DNA of 64,000 nucleotides from Escherichia coli (GTDB lineage Bacteria; Pseudomonadota; Gammaproteobacteria; Enterobacterales; Enterobacteriaceae): NCBI RefSeq assembly GCF_044324875.1, contig NZ_CP172185.1; one strand, 5' to 3'. Shown piece by piece: positions 27,914 to 39,217 of this stretch (position 1 is its first letter; each line of letters starts with the position of its first letter). The notes under the pieces were generated by a model. It saw only the letters and a program-made list of their open reading frames with translations, ran no database searches and was not told where the DNA came from. The position numbers and the translations under genes were made by a program.

Positions 27914-30900
27914 GTGTTCAGATTTCCGACATCCCGACTGTTCAGCACGCTGAGATCTGCTCTCAGGCCAGCGATGCCGCGATTCAGGGTATCCGCCGCC
28001 TGGCTGCTGGCGCTGGCATGGATTTTTCTGCTGGTGTGGATCTGGTGGCAAGGTCCGAAATGGACGCTCTATGAGCAGCACTGGCTGGCTCCTCTAACAA
28101 ACCGCTGGCTGGCGACCGCCGTCTGGGGGCTTATCGCTCTGATCTGGCTCACCTGGCGGGTAATGAAGCGTCTGCAAAAGCTGGAAAAACAGCAGAAACA
28201 GCAGCGGGAGGAAGAAAAAGATCCGTTGACCGTGGAACTCCACCGCCAGCAGCAATATCTGGATCACTGGCTGCTGCGCCTGCGCCGCCATCTGGATAAC
28301 CGCCGTTATCTGTGGCAGTTGCCGTGGTATATGGTCATTGGTCCTGCGGGTAGCGGTAAAAGCGCTCTGCTGCGCGAGGGCTTTCCATCTGACATTATTT
28401 ACACGCCGGAAAGCATCCGGGGTACGGAATACCATCCGCTGATCACACCGCGAGTGGGCAACCAAGCGGTGATTTTCGATGTTGACGGCGTACTGACCTC
28501 GCCCGGCGGGGATGATCTGCTCCACCGCCGCCTGCGCGAACACTGGCTGGGCTGGCTGATGCAAACGCGCGCGCGCCAGCCGCTCAACGGCCTGATCCTG
28601 ACGCTCGATCTTCCCGATCTGCTGACGGCGGATAAATCCCGCCGTGAGACACTGGTACAAAATTTGCGCCAGCAACTTCAGGAGATCCGCCAGAGTCTGC
28701 ACTGCCGTCTGCCCGTTTACGTGGTGCTGACACGGCTGGATCTGCTGACCGGCTTTGCCGCGCTGTTCCATTCACTGGATAAAAAAGACCGCGATGCGAT
28801 CCTCGGCGTCACGTTTACCCGCCGCGCCCATGAAAGTGACGACTGGCGCAGCGAACTGGGGGCTTTCTGGCAGACGTGGGTACAACAGGTGAACCTGGCG
28901 CTGTCGGATCTGATGCTCGCACAAACCGGTGCTGCTCCCCGCAGCGCCGTGTTCAGCTTCTCCCGTCAGATGCAGGGAACAGGAGAAATCGTCACCGCAC
29001 TGCTCGCCGCATTGCTGGACGGTGAGAACATGGATGTAATGCTGCGTGGCGTCTGGCTCACATCATCGCTACAGCGTGGCCAGGTGGATGATATTTTCAC
29101 GCAGTCCGCCGCCCGCCAGTACGGGCTGGGTAACAGCTCGCTGGCAACCTGGCCTCTGGTGGAGACGACGCCGTATTTTACTCGCCGCCTCTTCCCTGAA
29201 GTCCTGCTGGCTGAGCCGAACCTGGCGGGTGAAAACAGCGTCTGGCTGAACAGCTCCCGGCGCAGGCTGACCGCCTTTTCCGCCTGTGGCGCGGCGCTGG
29301 CGGCATTGCTGGTCGGAAGCTGGCACCATTATTACAATCAGAACTGGCAGTCCGGCGTTAACGTACTGGCACAGGCTAAAGCCTTTATGGACGTACCACC
29401 ACCGCAAGGAACGGATGAATTCGGCAATCTGCAACTGTCGTTGCTTAATCCGGTACGCGATGCCACCCTGGCCTATGGCGATTACCGCGATCGCGGTTTT
29501 CTGGCGGATATGGGATTGTACCAGGGCGTCCGCGTAGGGCCGTATGTGGAGCAAACCTACATTCAGCTTCTTGAGCAGCGTTATCTCCCCTCGTTAATGA
29601 ACGGCCTGATCCGGGATCTAAACAATGCCCCGCCAGAGAGCGAAGAAAAGCTCGCCGTGCTGCGCGTACTGCGCATGATGGAAGACAAAAGTGGGCGCAA
29701 CAACGAGGCGGTAAAACAGTACATGGCGCGGCGCTGGAGCAATGAATTTCACGGCCAGCGCGATATTCAGGCGCAACTGATGGCGCATCTGGACTATGCG
29801 CTGGAGCACACCGACTGGCACGCGCAGCGCCAGAGCGGTGACAGCGATGCTGTCAGCCGCTGGACCCCCTATGATAAACCGGTCATTAATGCGCAGCAGG
29901 AACTGAGCAAGCTGCCCATATACCAGCGTGTCTACCAGACCCTGCGCACCAAAGCATTAAGCGTGTTGCCCGCCGATTTGAATTTGCGCGACCAGGTTGG
30001 TCCCACCTTCGACAACGTGTTCGTCGCCGGTAATGATGAAAAACTGGTGATCCCGCAGTTCCTCACCCGCTATGGACTGCAAAGCTATTTTGTCAAACAG
30101 CGTGAGGGCCTCGTTGAGCTGACCGCGCTGGATTCGTGGGTACTGAACCTGACGCAAAGCGTCGCCTACAGCGAGGCCGACCGTGAAGAGATCCAGCGCC
30201 ATATCACCGAACAGTACATCAGTGACTATACCGCCACCTGGCGTGCCGGAATGGATAACCTCAACGTCCGTGACTATGAGGCCATGTCGGCGCTGACCGA
30301 CGCGCTGGAGCAGATTATCAGCGGCGATCAGCCATTCCAGCGTGCGCTGACGGCGCTGCGCGATAATACCCACGCGCTGACGCTCTCCGGCAAACTGGAT
30401 GATAAGGCGAGGGAAGCGGCAATAAATGAGATGGATTACCGCCTGTTATCCCGGCTGGGGCATGAGTTCGCACCGGAAAACAGCGCACTGGAGGAGCAAA
30501 AGGACAAGGCGAGTACGCTACAGGCCGTGTACCAGCAACTGACCGAGCTGCACCGTTACCTGCTGGCGATCCAGAACTCGCCAGTGCCGGGGAAATCGGC
30601 GCTGAAAGCAGTACAGCTACGTCTGGATCAAAACAGCAGCGATCCAATCTTCGCTACCCGCCAGATGGCAAAAACTCTCCCTGCACCGCTTAACCGCTGG
30701 GTAGGTAAGCTCGCGGATCAGGCCTGGCATGTGGTGATGGTGGAAGCCGTTCGTTACATGGAAGTGGACTGGCGCGACAATGTAGTGAAACCCTTCAACG
30801 AGCAGCTTGCCGATAACTATCCGTTTAATCCGCGCGCCACACAGGATGCCTCACTGGATTCGTTTGAACGTTTCTTTAAACCGGATGGCATTCTGGACAA

Positions 30901-31441
30901 TTTCTACAAGAACAACCTGCGCCTGTTCCTTGAAAACGATCTGACCTTTGGCGACGACGGCAGAGTGTTAATCCGTGAAGATATCCGGCAGCAACTGGAT
31001 ACCGCGCAGAAAATCCGCGACATCTTCTTCAGCCAGCAGAACGGGCTGGGCGCACAGTTTGCCGTGGAAACCGTATCGCTTTCCGGCAATAAGCGGCGCA
31101 GCGTACTTAACCTGGACGGCCAGTTAGTGGACTACAGCCAGGGACGCAACTACACCGCCCATCTGGTCTGGCCGAACAACATGCGTGAAGGCAATGAAAG
31201 CAAGCTGACGCTGATTGGCACCAGCGGCAGAGCACCGCACAGTATCGCGTTCAGTGGACCGTGGGCGCAGTTCCGCCTGTTCGGCGCGGGCCAGTTGACC
31301 AATGTGACCAGTGACACCTTTAACGTGCGCTTTAACGTGGACGGCGGCGCAATGGTTTACCGGGTGCATGTGGATACCGAAGATAACCCGTTCACCGGCG
31401 GTCTGTTCAGCCTGTTCCGTTTACCGGATACGTTGTATTAA
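27914..31441 (+). CDS. tssM: T6SS membrane-complex protein TssM (IcmF-like)
   Basis: 1175-aa ORF from GTG 27914 (SD aaggag at 27903); N-terminal TM helices and Walker A GPAGSGKS. Confidence 0.92.
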   Translation: MFRFPTSRLFSTLRSALRPAMPRFRVSAAWLLALAWIFLLVWIWWQGPKWTLYEQHWLAPLTNRWLATAVWGLIALIWLTWRVMKRLQKLEKQQKQQREEEKDPLTVELHRQQQYLDHWLLRLRRHLDNRRYLWQLPWYMVIGPAGSGKSALLREGFPSDIIYTPESIRGTEYHPLITPRVGNQAVIFDVDGVLTSPGGDDLLHRRLREHWLGWLMQTRARQPLNGLILTLDLPDLLTADKSRRETLVQNLRQQLQEIRQSLHCRLPVYVVLTRLDLLTGFAALFHSLDKKDRDAILGVTFTRRAHESDDWRSELGAFWQTWVQQVNLALSDLMLAQTGAAPRSAVFSFSRQMQGTGEIVTALLAALLDGENMDVMLRGVWLTSSLQRGQVDDIFTQSAARQYGLGNSSLATWPLVETTPYFTRRLFPEVLLAEPNLAGENSVWLNSSRRRLTAFSACGAALAALLVGSWHHYYNQNWQSGVNVLAQAKAFMDVPPPQGTDEFGNLQLSLLNPVRDATLAYGDYRDRGFLADMGLYQGVRVGPYVEQTYIQLLEQRYLPSLMNGLIRDLNNAPPESEEKLAVLRVLRMMEDKSGRNNEAVKQYMARRWSNEFHGQRDIQAQLMAHLDYALEHTDWHAQRQSGDSDAVSRWTPYDKPVINAQQELSKLPIYQRVYQTLRTKALSVLPADLNLRDQVGPTFDNVFVAGNDEKLVIPQFLTRYGLQSYFVKQREGLVELTALDSWVLNLTQSVAYSEADREEIQRHITEQYISDYTATWRAGMDNLNVRDYEAMSALTDALEQIISGDQPFQRALTALRDNTHALTLSGKLDDKAREAAINEMDYRLLSRLGHEFAPENSALEEQKDKASTLQAVYQQLTELHRYLLAIQNSPVPGKSALKAVQLRLDQNSSDPIFATRQMAKTLPAPLNRWVGKLADQAWHVVMVEAVRYMEVDWRDNVVKPFNEQLADNYPFNPRATQDASLDSFERFFKPDGILDNFYKNNLRLFLENDLTFGDDGRVLIREDIRQQLDTAQKIRDIFFSQQNGLGAQFAVETVSLSGNKRRSVLNLDGQLVDYSQGRNYTAHLVWPNNMREGNESKLTLIGTSGRAPHSIAFSGPWAQFRLFGAGQLTNVTSDTFNVRFNVDGGAMVYRVHVDTEDNPFTGGLFSLFRLPDTLY

Positions 31442-31451
31442 GGGGATAGTG

Positions 31452-32810
31452 ATGAGCAATTACGCACTGACACAAACTATCGTTACCGGCAGCGATCCGC
31501 GCGCCCTGCCGGAGTTCAGCGCCATCCGCGAAGAAATTAACAAAGCTAACCACCCGTCACAGCCGGAGCTGAACTGGAAACTGGTGGAATCGCTGGCGCT
31601 GTCGATTTTTAAGGCCAACGGGGTGGATTTGCATACCGCCACCTACTATACGCTGGCGCGTACCCGTAATCAGGGGCTGGCAGGGTTCTGCGAAGGCTCG
31701 GAACTGCTGGCTGCGATGATCACCCACGAATGGGATAAATTCTGGCCGCAGGGTGGCCCGGCGCGGACTGAGATGCTGGACTGGTTCAATACCCGCACCG
31801 GGAATATTCTGCGCCAGCAGGTGTCCTTTTCCGAAAATGATCTGCCGTTGCTCTACCGCACGGAACGGGCTTTACAGCTTATTTGCGACAAACTCCAGCA
31901 GGTGGAACTGAAGCGCCAGCCGCGCGTGGAAAACCTGCTTTATTTTGTGCAGAACACACGCAAGCGGTTTGAGCCGCAGCCCGGAAACCGTACTGATACG
32001 GCGGCACAGACCACGGTCCGGACGCTGGTCTATGCGCCGGAAAGCACGGCTTCCACCACAGCGGAAGCCGTGCCTCCCCTGCCCGACCTGCCGGAAATGC
32101 GGGTGGAGGTGCGCGGTGTGGCAAATAACGCCGACAACGTTAGACAGGGCAGCACGGTAAAAGGTTTTGTTGCCGGTGCCGCCTGTACTGCCGTTATCGC
32201 GGCAGTACTCTGGTGGTGGCTGGCGTATCCGATACAACGGCAGCTTACGCAAGTCAGGGATACCGCACAGGGAGCCGCCACCGCCTGGTTGGCCTCCCCG
32301 GTACTGAAAGAATATGAACAGTACCTGCAACAGCTTCTGGATGCCCCGCCACTACAGCCGCTGGAAACCGGAATGCAGATGATGCGCACCGCAGACACCC
32401 TCTGGCCGGAAAGCCTGCAACAGCAGGAAGCCAGCAGGATGTGGAGCAACACGCTGAGAAACCGGGCGCAAGCCAGTCCGCAGATGAAGGGCTGGCAACA
32501 GGCGCGGCAGAATTTGCGGGACTTTGCGGATCTGATGATGAAAAAGGAGACGGAGAAACAGGGTTTCACCCTCTCGTATATCAAGACGGTGACCTGGCAG
32601 GCCGAACGGTTACTGAATCAGGAAACACCGCTGGAGTACCTGCTGACACAGTACCAGGAGACACGCGCACGGAAGCAGGACACACAGGCGCTGGAAAAAG
32701 AGATCAACGAACGGCTGGACGGGCTGTTAAGCCGCTGGCTACTGCTGAAAAATACCGGACAGGATATGGCAACGGATACCAGAACCGAACCTGTCCATCC
32801 GACTCATTGA
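31452..32810 (+). CDS. tagA: TssA-like accessory protein (TagA/VasL-like) with ImpA N-domain and one TM helix
   Basis: About 452 aa from ATG 31452 (MSNYALTQTIVTGSDPRALPEF...); ImpA_N-like N-terminus plus hydrophobic segment VAGAACTAVIAAVLWWWLAYPI; the track ORF (31311) is over-extended into tssM. Confidence 0.65.
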   Translation: MSNYALTQTIVTGSDPRALPEFSAIREEINKANHPSQPELNWKLVESLALSIFKANGVDLHTATYYTLARTRNQGLAGFCEGSELLAAMITHEWDKFWPQGGPARTEMLDWFNTRTGNILRQQVSFSENDLPLLYRTERALQLICDKLQQVELKRQPRVENLLYFVQNTRKRFEPQPGNRTDTAAQTTVRTLVYAPESTASTTAEAVPPLPDLPEMRVEVRGVANNADNVRQGSTVKGFVAGAACTAVIAAVLWWWLAYPIQRQLTQVRDTAQGAATAWLASPVLKEYEQYLQQLLDAPPLQPLETGMQMMRTADTLWPESLQQQEASRMWSNTLRNRAQASPQMKGWQQARQNLRDFADLMMKKETEKQGFTLSYIKTVTWQAERLLNQETPLEYLLTQYQETRARKQDTQALEKEINERLDGLLSRWLLLKNTGQDMATDTRTEPVHPTH

Positions 32811-32827
32811 GGTTAAGGAGAATAACA

Positions 32828-33307
32828 ATGGCAAATCCCGTCTATCTGACACTAAACGGAGAACTCCAGGGACTGATTTCATCCGGATGCTCGTCAATGC
32901 CGTCCATCGGTAACAAGGCCCAGATTGCACATCAGGATCAGATCATGGTGATGTCACTGTCCCATGGGCTGAGTCGCGCACAGAACGTCAATCACCAGGA
33001 ACTGACTATCACGAAACCGGTGGACAAATCCTCCCCCCTTCTGGGCAAGGCCATTTCGGAGAATGAATGTCTGACCTGTGATTTTGTCTTCTATCGCACC
33101 AACCGTTTTGGTATTAATGAGCCGTACTACAAGCTGAAACTGACTAATGCCCGGATCTCAAACATCGGCCTTACCGTTCCCCATACCATTAACGACAGCC
33201 CAGGGCAGCCGGAAGAGTCTGTGTCATTTACCTATGAGAGCATCAACTGGGAGCACATCGTCGCCGGAACCAGTGCGTACAGTCTGTGGAGTGAACGGAT
33301 TTTCTAA
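32828..33307 (+). CDS. hcp: Second Hcp-family tube protein
   Basis: 159-aa ORF MANPVYLTLNGELQGLISSG... from ATG 32828 with SD aaggag (32813-32818); Hcp1-like, clearly divergent from the Hcp at 12499-13017. The track ORF (32441) is over-extended. Confidence 0.85.
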   Translation: MANPVYLTLNGELQGLISSGCSSMPSIGNKAQIAHQDQIMVMSLSHGLSRAQNVNHQELTITKPVDKSSPLLGKAISENECLTCDFVFYRTNRFGINEPYYKLKLTNARISNIGLTVPHTINDSPGQPEESVSFTYESINWEHIVAGTSAYSLWSERIF

Positions 33308-33384
33308 GTTACCTGGGAGTCTTTCATCTGCATTATTGTTATATTTTAAAAAGGCAATTTAACATTATAGGATAAAATGACAAA

Positions 33385-33435
33385 GTACGGTTAATCACGA
33401 ATAAAAATTCTTAATTAACCGTACCTGCTGTTTTA
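33385..33435 (+). terminator. Putative terminator of the T6SS structural operon
   Basis: Inverted repeat gtacggttaat / attaaccgtac followed by ctgctgtttt in the AT-rich spacer after hcp. Confidence 0.4.
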
Positions 33436-33646
33436 TAGATGTATGTGATGTATTTTTGACAGTTCAACCGAAAACTCGAACTACAGCTTATATGTTGAGA
33501 GGACAACAAATAACTTGAGGAAAATTTTTACTACTCCTAAAAAATATATGTAAAATTAATTAGCAGACTTGTTCCATAGTGTAAAACAGAAAAGAAAAAT
33601 GCTCTTTCCTGCTAAGTACCACTAAAACGTCTGGTATAAAACCTCA

Positions 33647-34432
33647 CTACTGATATCGATTCACCAGGTCTTTAACCACTGCTGCGTACGTTTTCTGCTT
33701 AAGTTGTGAAATCTGCTGTTCTGCCACATCAAGGCTGTCAGAATTTTTATTCCCTATCTGCGGAAAAATCAGTTTCGATTCATAATTCACAGGCGACCAG
33801 GTAGCCCACTCACCTGTAGCCACATCCACCAGCGTGAATCGAACCAAATAACGCAGTGACATCGTGTCAGTCAATTTTTGATTTTTATAATCTGTCCAAA
33901 CTATTGATTTTAATCCAGAGTCATATTTTCCTGTCTGCAACGTATCCTGGAAAACAATAATTGCTTTCTGATGGCCTTTTGCTGCAACAAAACGCAATGC
34001 CTGCATCCAGTTCATATTTTCGGCATCTACAATATCTAGGCTTTCATCTTTGTTTTTGTCTTTATTACAGGTTAAAGTTTTTTGCCTGTCAGGAATGCCA
34101 GAAAATGTGGCAACTGTATAATATTTTCTCATCTCCTCCTGCATAATGGTTTCCGGTGCGCGACTACCAGACTGAACAAGTATTACAGGAGAACTGAGGG
34201 GCACACGAAACTCATCTCCTTCAAGCGCAGCTTGAATATCCTCCTCGGATACAGCCAGAGTGGTTTCATTACCGAATAAATCTTTGTCTGTCAGTTGCGG
34301 GGGAGTGTTTTTATTAATATTACTTTGTGTAACTTGAGCTTTTTTCTTTTTTTCATCAATAGGAGATTCAGAGGCACATCCTGCAAGCAGCGAGAATAAC
34401 ACACATATGCAACAAACCTTTTTTGAATTCAT
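33647..34432 (-). CDS. yafT: Lipoprotein YafT
   Basis: 261-aa ORF with lipoprotein signal (LLAGCASE); adjacent to aspV as yafT is in E. coli K-12. Confidence 0.7.
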   Translation of the reverse strand: MNSKKVCCICVLFSLLAGCASESPIDEKKKKAQVTQSNINKNTPPQLTDKDLFGNETTLAVSEEDIQAALEGDEFRVPLSSPVILVQSGSRAPETIMQEEMRKYYTVATFSGIPDRQKTLTCNKDKNKDESLDIVDAENMNWMQALRFVAAKGHQKAIIVFQDTLQTGKYDSGLKSIVWTDYKNQKLTDTMSLRYLVRFTLVDVATGEWATWSPVNYESKLIFPQIGNKNSDSLDVAEQQISQLKQKTYAAVVKDLVNRYQ

Positions 34433-34699
34433 AATCGGACACTCCCTCGCCTGTCATGATGATTAGAATATTTAGTACTGATAACGGACTCTAATTATAT
34501 ACCCCACTTAAATAATAACAAACAAAATCAATATGAAATATACATTCATTTAATCAATATAAAATCATTCTCAGAAAATATATTTAAGCTGAATGGTTCG
34601 ATATCATTATTGAATTTTAATAAATGAGACAACAAGCGAGAATCACGCACTTACGCCAGAGTAAAATCATTGAACAGAGAAATAGCGGGATTTAAATGC

Positions 34700-34731
34700 A
34701 AAAAAAACCGCAAAATTAAAAATCTTGCGGT
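34700..34731 (-). terminator. Terminator downstream of aspV
   Basis: On the minus strand, hairpin accgcaa...ttgcggt followed by a run of T (A-run 34700-34706 on plus). Confidence 0.55.
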
Positions 34732-34759
34732 TCTCTGAACTCATTTTCATGAGTGAATT

Positions 34760-34836
34760 TGGCGGAACGGACGGGACTCGAACCCGCGACCCCCTGCGTG
34801 ACAGGCAGGTATTCTAACCGACTGAACTACCGCTCC
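34760..34836 (-). tRNA. aspV: tRNA-Asp (GUC)
   Basis: 77-nt exact reverse complement of E. coli tRNA-Asp (GGAGCGGTAGTTCAGTCGGTTAGAATACC...TCCGCCA) with encoded CCA. Confidence 0.97.
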
Positions 34837-34968
34837 GCGTTGTGTTCCGTTGGGAACGAGGCGAATATTACGGATTGCCTCACCCTTCGTCAACGGTTTT
34901 TCTCATCTTTTGAATCGTTTGCTGCAAAAATCGCCCAAGCCGCTATTTTTAGCGCCTTTTACAGGTAT

Positions 34969-35700
34969 TTATGCCCGCCAGAGGCAGCTTCCGCCCTTCT
35001 TCTCCACCAGATCAAGACGGGCTTCATGAGCTGCAAGCTCTTCATCTGTCGCAAAAACAACGCGTAACTTACTTGCCTGACGTACAATGCGCTGAATTGT
35101 TGCTTCACCTTGTTGCTGCTGTGTCTCTCCTTCCATCGCAAAAGCCATCGACGTTTGACCACCGGTCATCGCCAGATAAACTTCCGCAAGGATCTGTGCA
35201 TCGAGTAATGCCCCGTGTAGCGTTCGTTTACTGTTATCTATTTCGTAGCGGGCACATAACGCATCGAGGCTGTTGCGCTTACCAGGAAACATTTTCCTCG
35301 CCACCGCAAGGCTATCGGTGACCTTACAGAAGGTATTGGTCTTCGGAATATCGCGCTTAAGCAACGAAAACTCGTAGTCCATAAAGCCGATATCGAACGC
35401 TGCGTTATGGATCACCAACTCCGCGCCGCGGATATAGTCCATGAACTCATCGGCTACTTCGGCAAACGTGGGCTTATCGAGCAAAAATTCATCGGCAATA
35501 CCATGTACGCCAAAGGCTTCCGGATCCACCAGCCGATCGGGTTTGAGATAAACATGGAAGTTATTGCCCGTCAGGCGACGGTTCACCACTTCAACGGCAC
35601 CAATCTCAATGATCTTGTGGCCTTCATAGTGCGCACCAATCTGGTTCATACCGGTGGTTTCGGTATCGAGAACGATCTGGCGTGTAATTGCAGTGCTCAT
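34969..35700 (-). CDS. dnaQ: DNA polymerase III epsilon subunit (3'-5' proofreading exonuclease)
   Basis: [20 protein letters not shown]... (243 aa from ATG 35700; track ORF begins 9 nt upstream); DnaQ exonuclease motifs. Confidence 0.93.
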
Positions 35701-35764
35701 AGCGGTCATTTATGTCAGACTTGTCGTTTTACAGTTCGATTCAATTACAGGAAGTCTACCAGAG

Positions 35765-36232
35765 ATGCTTAAACAGGTAGAAATTTTCACCGATGGTTCG
35801 TGTCTGGGTAATCCTGGACCTGGGGGTTACGGCGCTATTTTACGCTATCGCGGACGCGAGAAAACCTTTAGCGCAGGCTACACCCGCACCACCAACAACC
35901 GTATGGAGTTGATGGCCGCTATTGTCGCGCTGGAGGCGTTAAAAGAACATTGCGAAGTCATTTTGAGTACCGACAGCCAGTATGTCCGCCAAGGTATCAC
36001 CCAGTGGATCCATAACTGGAAAAAACGTGGCTGGAAAACAGCAGACAAAAAACCAGTAAAAAATGTCGATCTCTGGCAACGTCTTGATGCTGCATTGGGG
36101 CAGCATCAAATCAAATGGGAATGGGTTAAAGGCCATGCCGGACACCCGGAAAACGAACGCTGTGATGAACTGGCCCGTGCTGCGGCAATGAATCCCACAC
36201 TGGAAGATACAGGCTATCAAGTCGAAGTTTAA
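35765..36232 (+). CDS. rnhA: Ribonuclease HI
   Basis: 155 aa from ATG 35765 ([23 protein letters not shown]...); the track ORF is 5' over-extended; divergent from dnaQ as in E. coli. Confidence 0.93.
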
Positions 36233-36951
36233 GCCTGTGGTTTACGATATTGCCGGGTGGCTCCAACCGCCTGGCGAATTCGTGGCTTGTTTTTACTCTG
36301 TTTCATCGGATTTAGCGTTAAAGGAATAGTCCGTTTCCGGGCAACAATAAGTTGTAAGCAACCAAGCGCAGGAATATGTGCATTCAATAGTTTTCCACCG
36401 TGTTTGTTCCACGGGAGAACGTGGAAACGGCTGGCGTGCAGCACTTCAAAATTCAACAAAGAGAGCCAGTCCAGTTGCCGCATCAGAGTAAACATCCGGC
36501 TGTTATAGGGCGAGGTTTTTCGCAATACCGGCACAAGTTTGCGTAATCCCATTAAACTAATGGGATTGAAGCCACTAATCACCAGCCAGCCATCATCAAT
36601 CAATACCCGATCGGTTTCACGCAATAAACGATGCGGATCGGTGCACCACGGCAATGTATGTGCCAGTAGACAAACATCAACGGATTTATCGGCAAAAGGA
36701 AGATGAAGTGGATCCGCCTGCACCTGGACGGGCATTCCTTGCGCAGAAACATTCACTTGATGAGAAACCGCGCACGCTTCGCAATTGATTTCTGCGCTTA
36801 AATTGCCAATCTTAAGCAGATGAAAACCATACATTTTAGTGAACCACGGGTTGAGCTGGCGCTCCAGCGCCTTGCGATAAAGCTCTCCCCAGGGCAAATC
36901 GCCCCAGCGATCAGGAGCCACGACAGTTTGAGGGACTCTTGCCGGTTTCAT
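36229..36951 (-). CDS. yafS: SAM-dependent methyltransferase YafS
   Basis: About 240 aa ([19 protein letters not shown]...); start could be 18 nt upstream (36969). Confidence 0.8.
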
Positions 36952-36981
36952 CACAACCTTCCGTTTCACACTAAGAGGTAA

Positions 36982-37740
<759 letters not shown>

Positions 37741-37811
37741 TAAAACTTTCTTGTCATCGGCTCCGTTCGCCGTTATGATCGGTCGTCTTTTAAGCAACTA
37801 TTGACACACAC

Positions 37812-39170
37812 ATGAAGGCAAAAGCGATATTACTCGCCTCTGTCCTGCTCGTGGGTTGCCAGAGTACCGGCAACGTTCAACAGCACGCACAGAGCCTTTC
37901 TGCAGCTGGTCAAGGGGAAGCAGCAAAGTTTACAAGTCAGGCACGATGGATGGACGATGGGACGTCTATCGCGCCAGATGGTGACTTGTGGGCTTTCATT
38001 GGCGACGAGCTAAAGATGGGAATTCCGGAAAATGACCGGATTCGCGAACAGAAACAGAAATATTTACGCAATAAGAGCTATCTCCACGATGTAACTTTAC
38101 GGGCAGAGCCGTATATGTACTGGATAGCAGGGCAAGTTAAAAAACGTAACATGCCTATGGAACTGGTACTACTACCCATAGTGGAGAGCGCTTTTGATCC
38201 TCACGCAACGTCTGGCGCCAATGCCGCAGGCATCTGGCAGATCATTCCGAGCACGGGGCGCAATTATGGTTTGAAACAGACCCGCAATTATGACGCGCGT
38301 CGCGATGTTGTTGCTTCAACAACTGCCGCGCTGAATATGATGCAGCGTCTGAACAAGATGTTTGACGGCGACTGGCTTCTGACCGTAGCGGCTTATAACA
38401 GCGGCGAAGGTCGAGTCATGAAGGCAATTAAAACGAACAAAGCGCGTGGGAAATCCACGGACTTCTGGTCGTTACCGTTGCCGCAGGAAACGAAGCAGTA
38501 CGTGCCTAAAATGCTGGCATTGAGTGATATTCTCAAAAACAGCAAGCGTTATGGCGTACGTCTGCCAACGACCGATGAAAGCCGTGCTCTGGCGCGTGTG
38601 CACCTGAGCAGCCCGGTTGAAATGGCGAAGGTTGCAGATATGGCGGGGATTTCCGTCAGCAAGCTGAAGACATTCAACGCTGGCGTGAAAGGCTCCACGC
38701 TGGGCGCAAGTGGTCCGCAGTACGTGATGGTGCCAAAGAAGCATGCAGATCAACTGCGTGAATCTCTGGCTTCAGGCGAAATTGCTGCTGTACAGTCGAC
38801 GCTGGTTGCCGACAATACGCCGCTTAACAGCCGTGTTTACACCGTACGCTCTGGCGACACGCTTTCAAGTATCGCTTCACGTCTCGGCGTAAGCACCAAA
38901 GATTTGCAGCAGTGGAACAAACTGCGCGGATCTAAGCTGAAGCCAGGCCAAAGTTTGACGATTGGCGCAGGCAGTAGCGCACAGCGACTGGCAAACAACA
39001 GCGATAGCATTACGTATCGTGTGCGCAAAGGCGATTCGCTTTCAAGCATTGCTAAACGCCACGGCGTGAACATCAAAGATGTGATGCGCTGGAACAGCGA
39101 CACTGCGAATCTGCAACCAGGCGATAAGCTGACGTTGTTTGTGAAAAACAACAACATGCCAGATTCCTGA
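37812..39170 (+). CDS. mltD: Membrane-bound lytic murein transglycosylase D
   Basis: 452-aa ORF with lipoprotein signal (LLVGCQS) and C-terminal LysM-type repeats (YTVRSGDTLSSIASRLGV, YRVRKGDSLSSIAKRHGV). Confidence 0.92.
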   Translation: MKAKAILLASVLLVGCQSTGNVQQHAQSLSAAGQGEAAKFTSQARWMDDGTSIAPDGDLWAFIGDELKMGIPENDRIREQKQKYLRNKSYLHDVTLRAEPYMYWIAGQVKKRNMPMELVLLPIVESAFDPHATSGANAAGIWQIIPSTGRNYGLKQTRNYDARRDVVASTTAALNMMQRLNKMFDGDWLLTVAAYNSGEGRVMKAIKTNKARGKSTDFWSLPLPQETKQYVPKMLALSDILKNSKRYGVRLPTTDESRALARVHLSSPVEMAKVADMAGISVSKLKTFNAGVKGSTLGASGPQYVMVPKKHADQLRESLASGEIAAVQSTLVADNTPLNSRVYTVRSGDTLSSIASRLGVSTKDLQQWNKLRGSKLKPGQSLTIGAGSSAQRLANNSDSITYRVRKGDSLSSIAKRHGVNIKDVMRWNSDTANLQPGDKLTLFVKNNNMPDS

Positions 39171-39183
39171 CAAACCAGATAAT

Positions 39184-39215
39184 AAAAAGGCACCGATTCC
39201 CCCGGTGCCTTTTTT
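39184..39215. terminator. Bidirectional terminator between mltD and yafE
   Basis: Hairpin ggcaccg-attcccc-cggtgcc flanked by an A-run and a T-run. Confidence 0.6.
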
Positions 39216-39217
39216 AT

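Noticed and set aside
10146-32584. Many long ORFs antisense to or overlapping the T6SS genes (for example 19079-20149 minus 356 aa, 24520-25269 minus 249 aa, 28094-28771 minus 225 aa, 32030-32584 minus 184 aa).
   Set aside because: They lie entirely within strongly supported genes on the other strand or frame, are Arg/Gly/Pro/Ala-rich as expected for out-of-frame readings of GC-rich coding DNA, and lack start contexts. Treated as artefacts.
18929-33307. Track ORFs with long 5' extensions (18929 for fha, 26386 for tssA, 31311 for tagA, 32441 for hcp).
   Set aside because: The extensions overlap the upstream gene in another frame; internal ATGs with better spacing and SD-like sequences give proteins of the expected family length.
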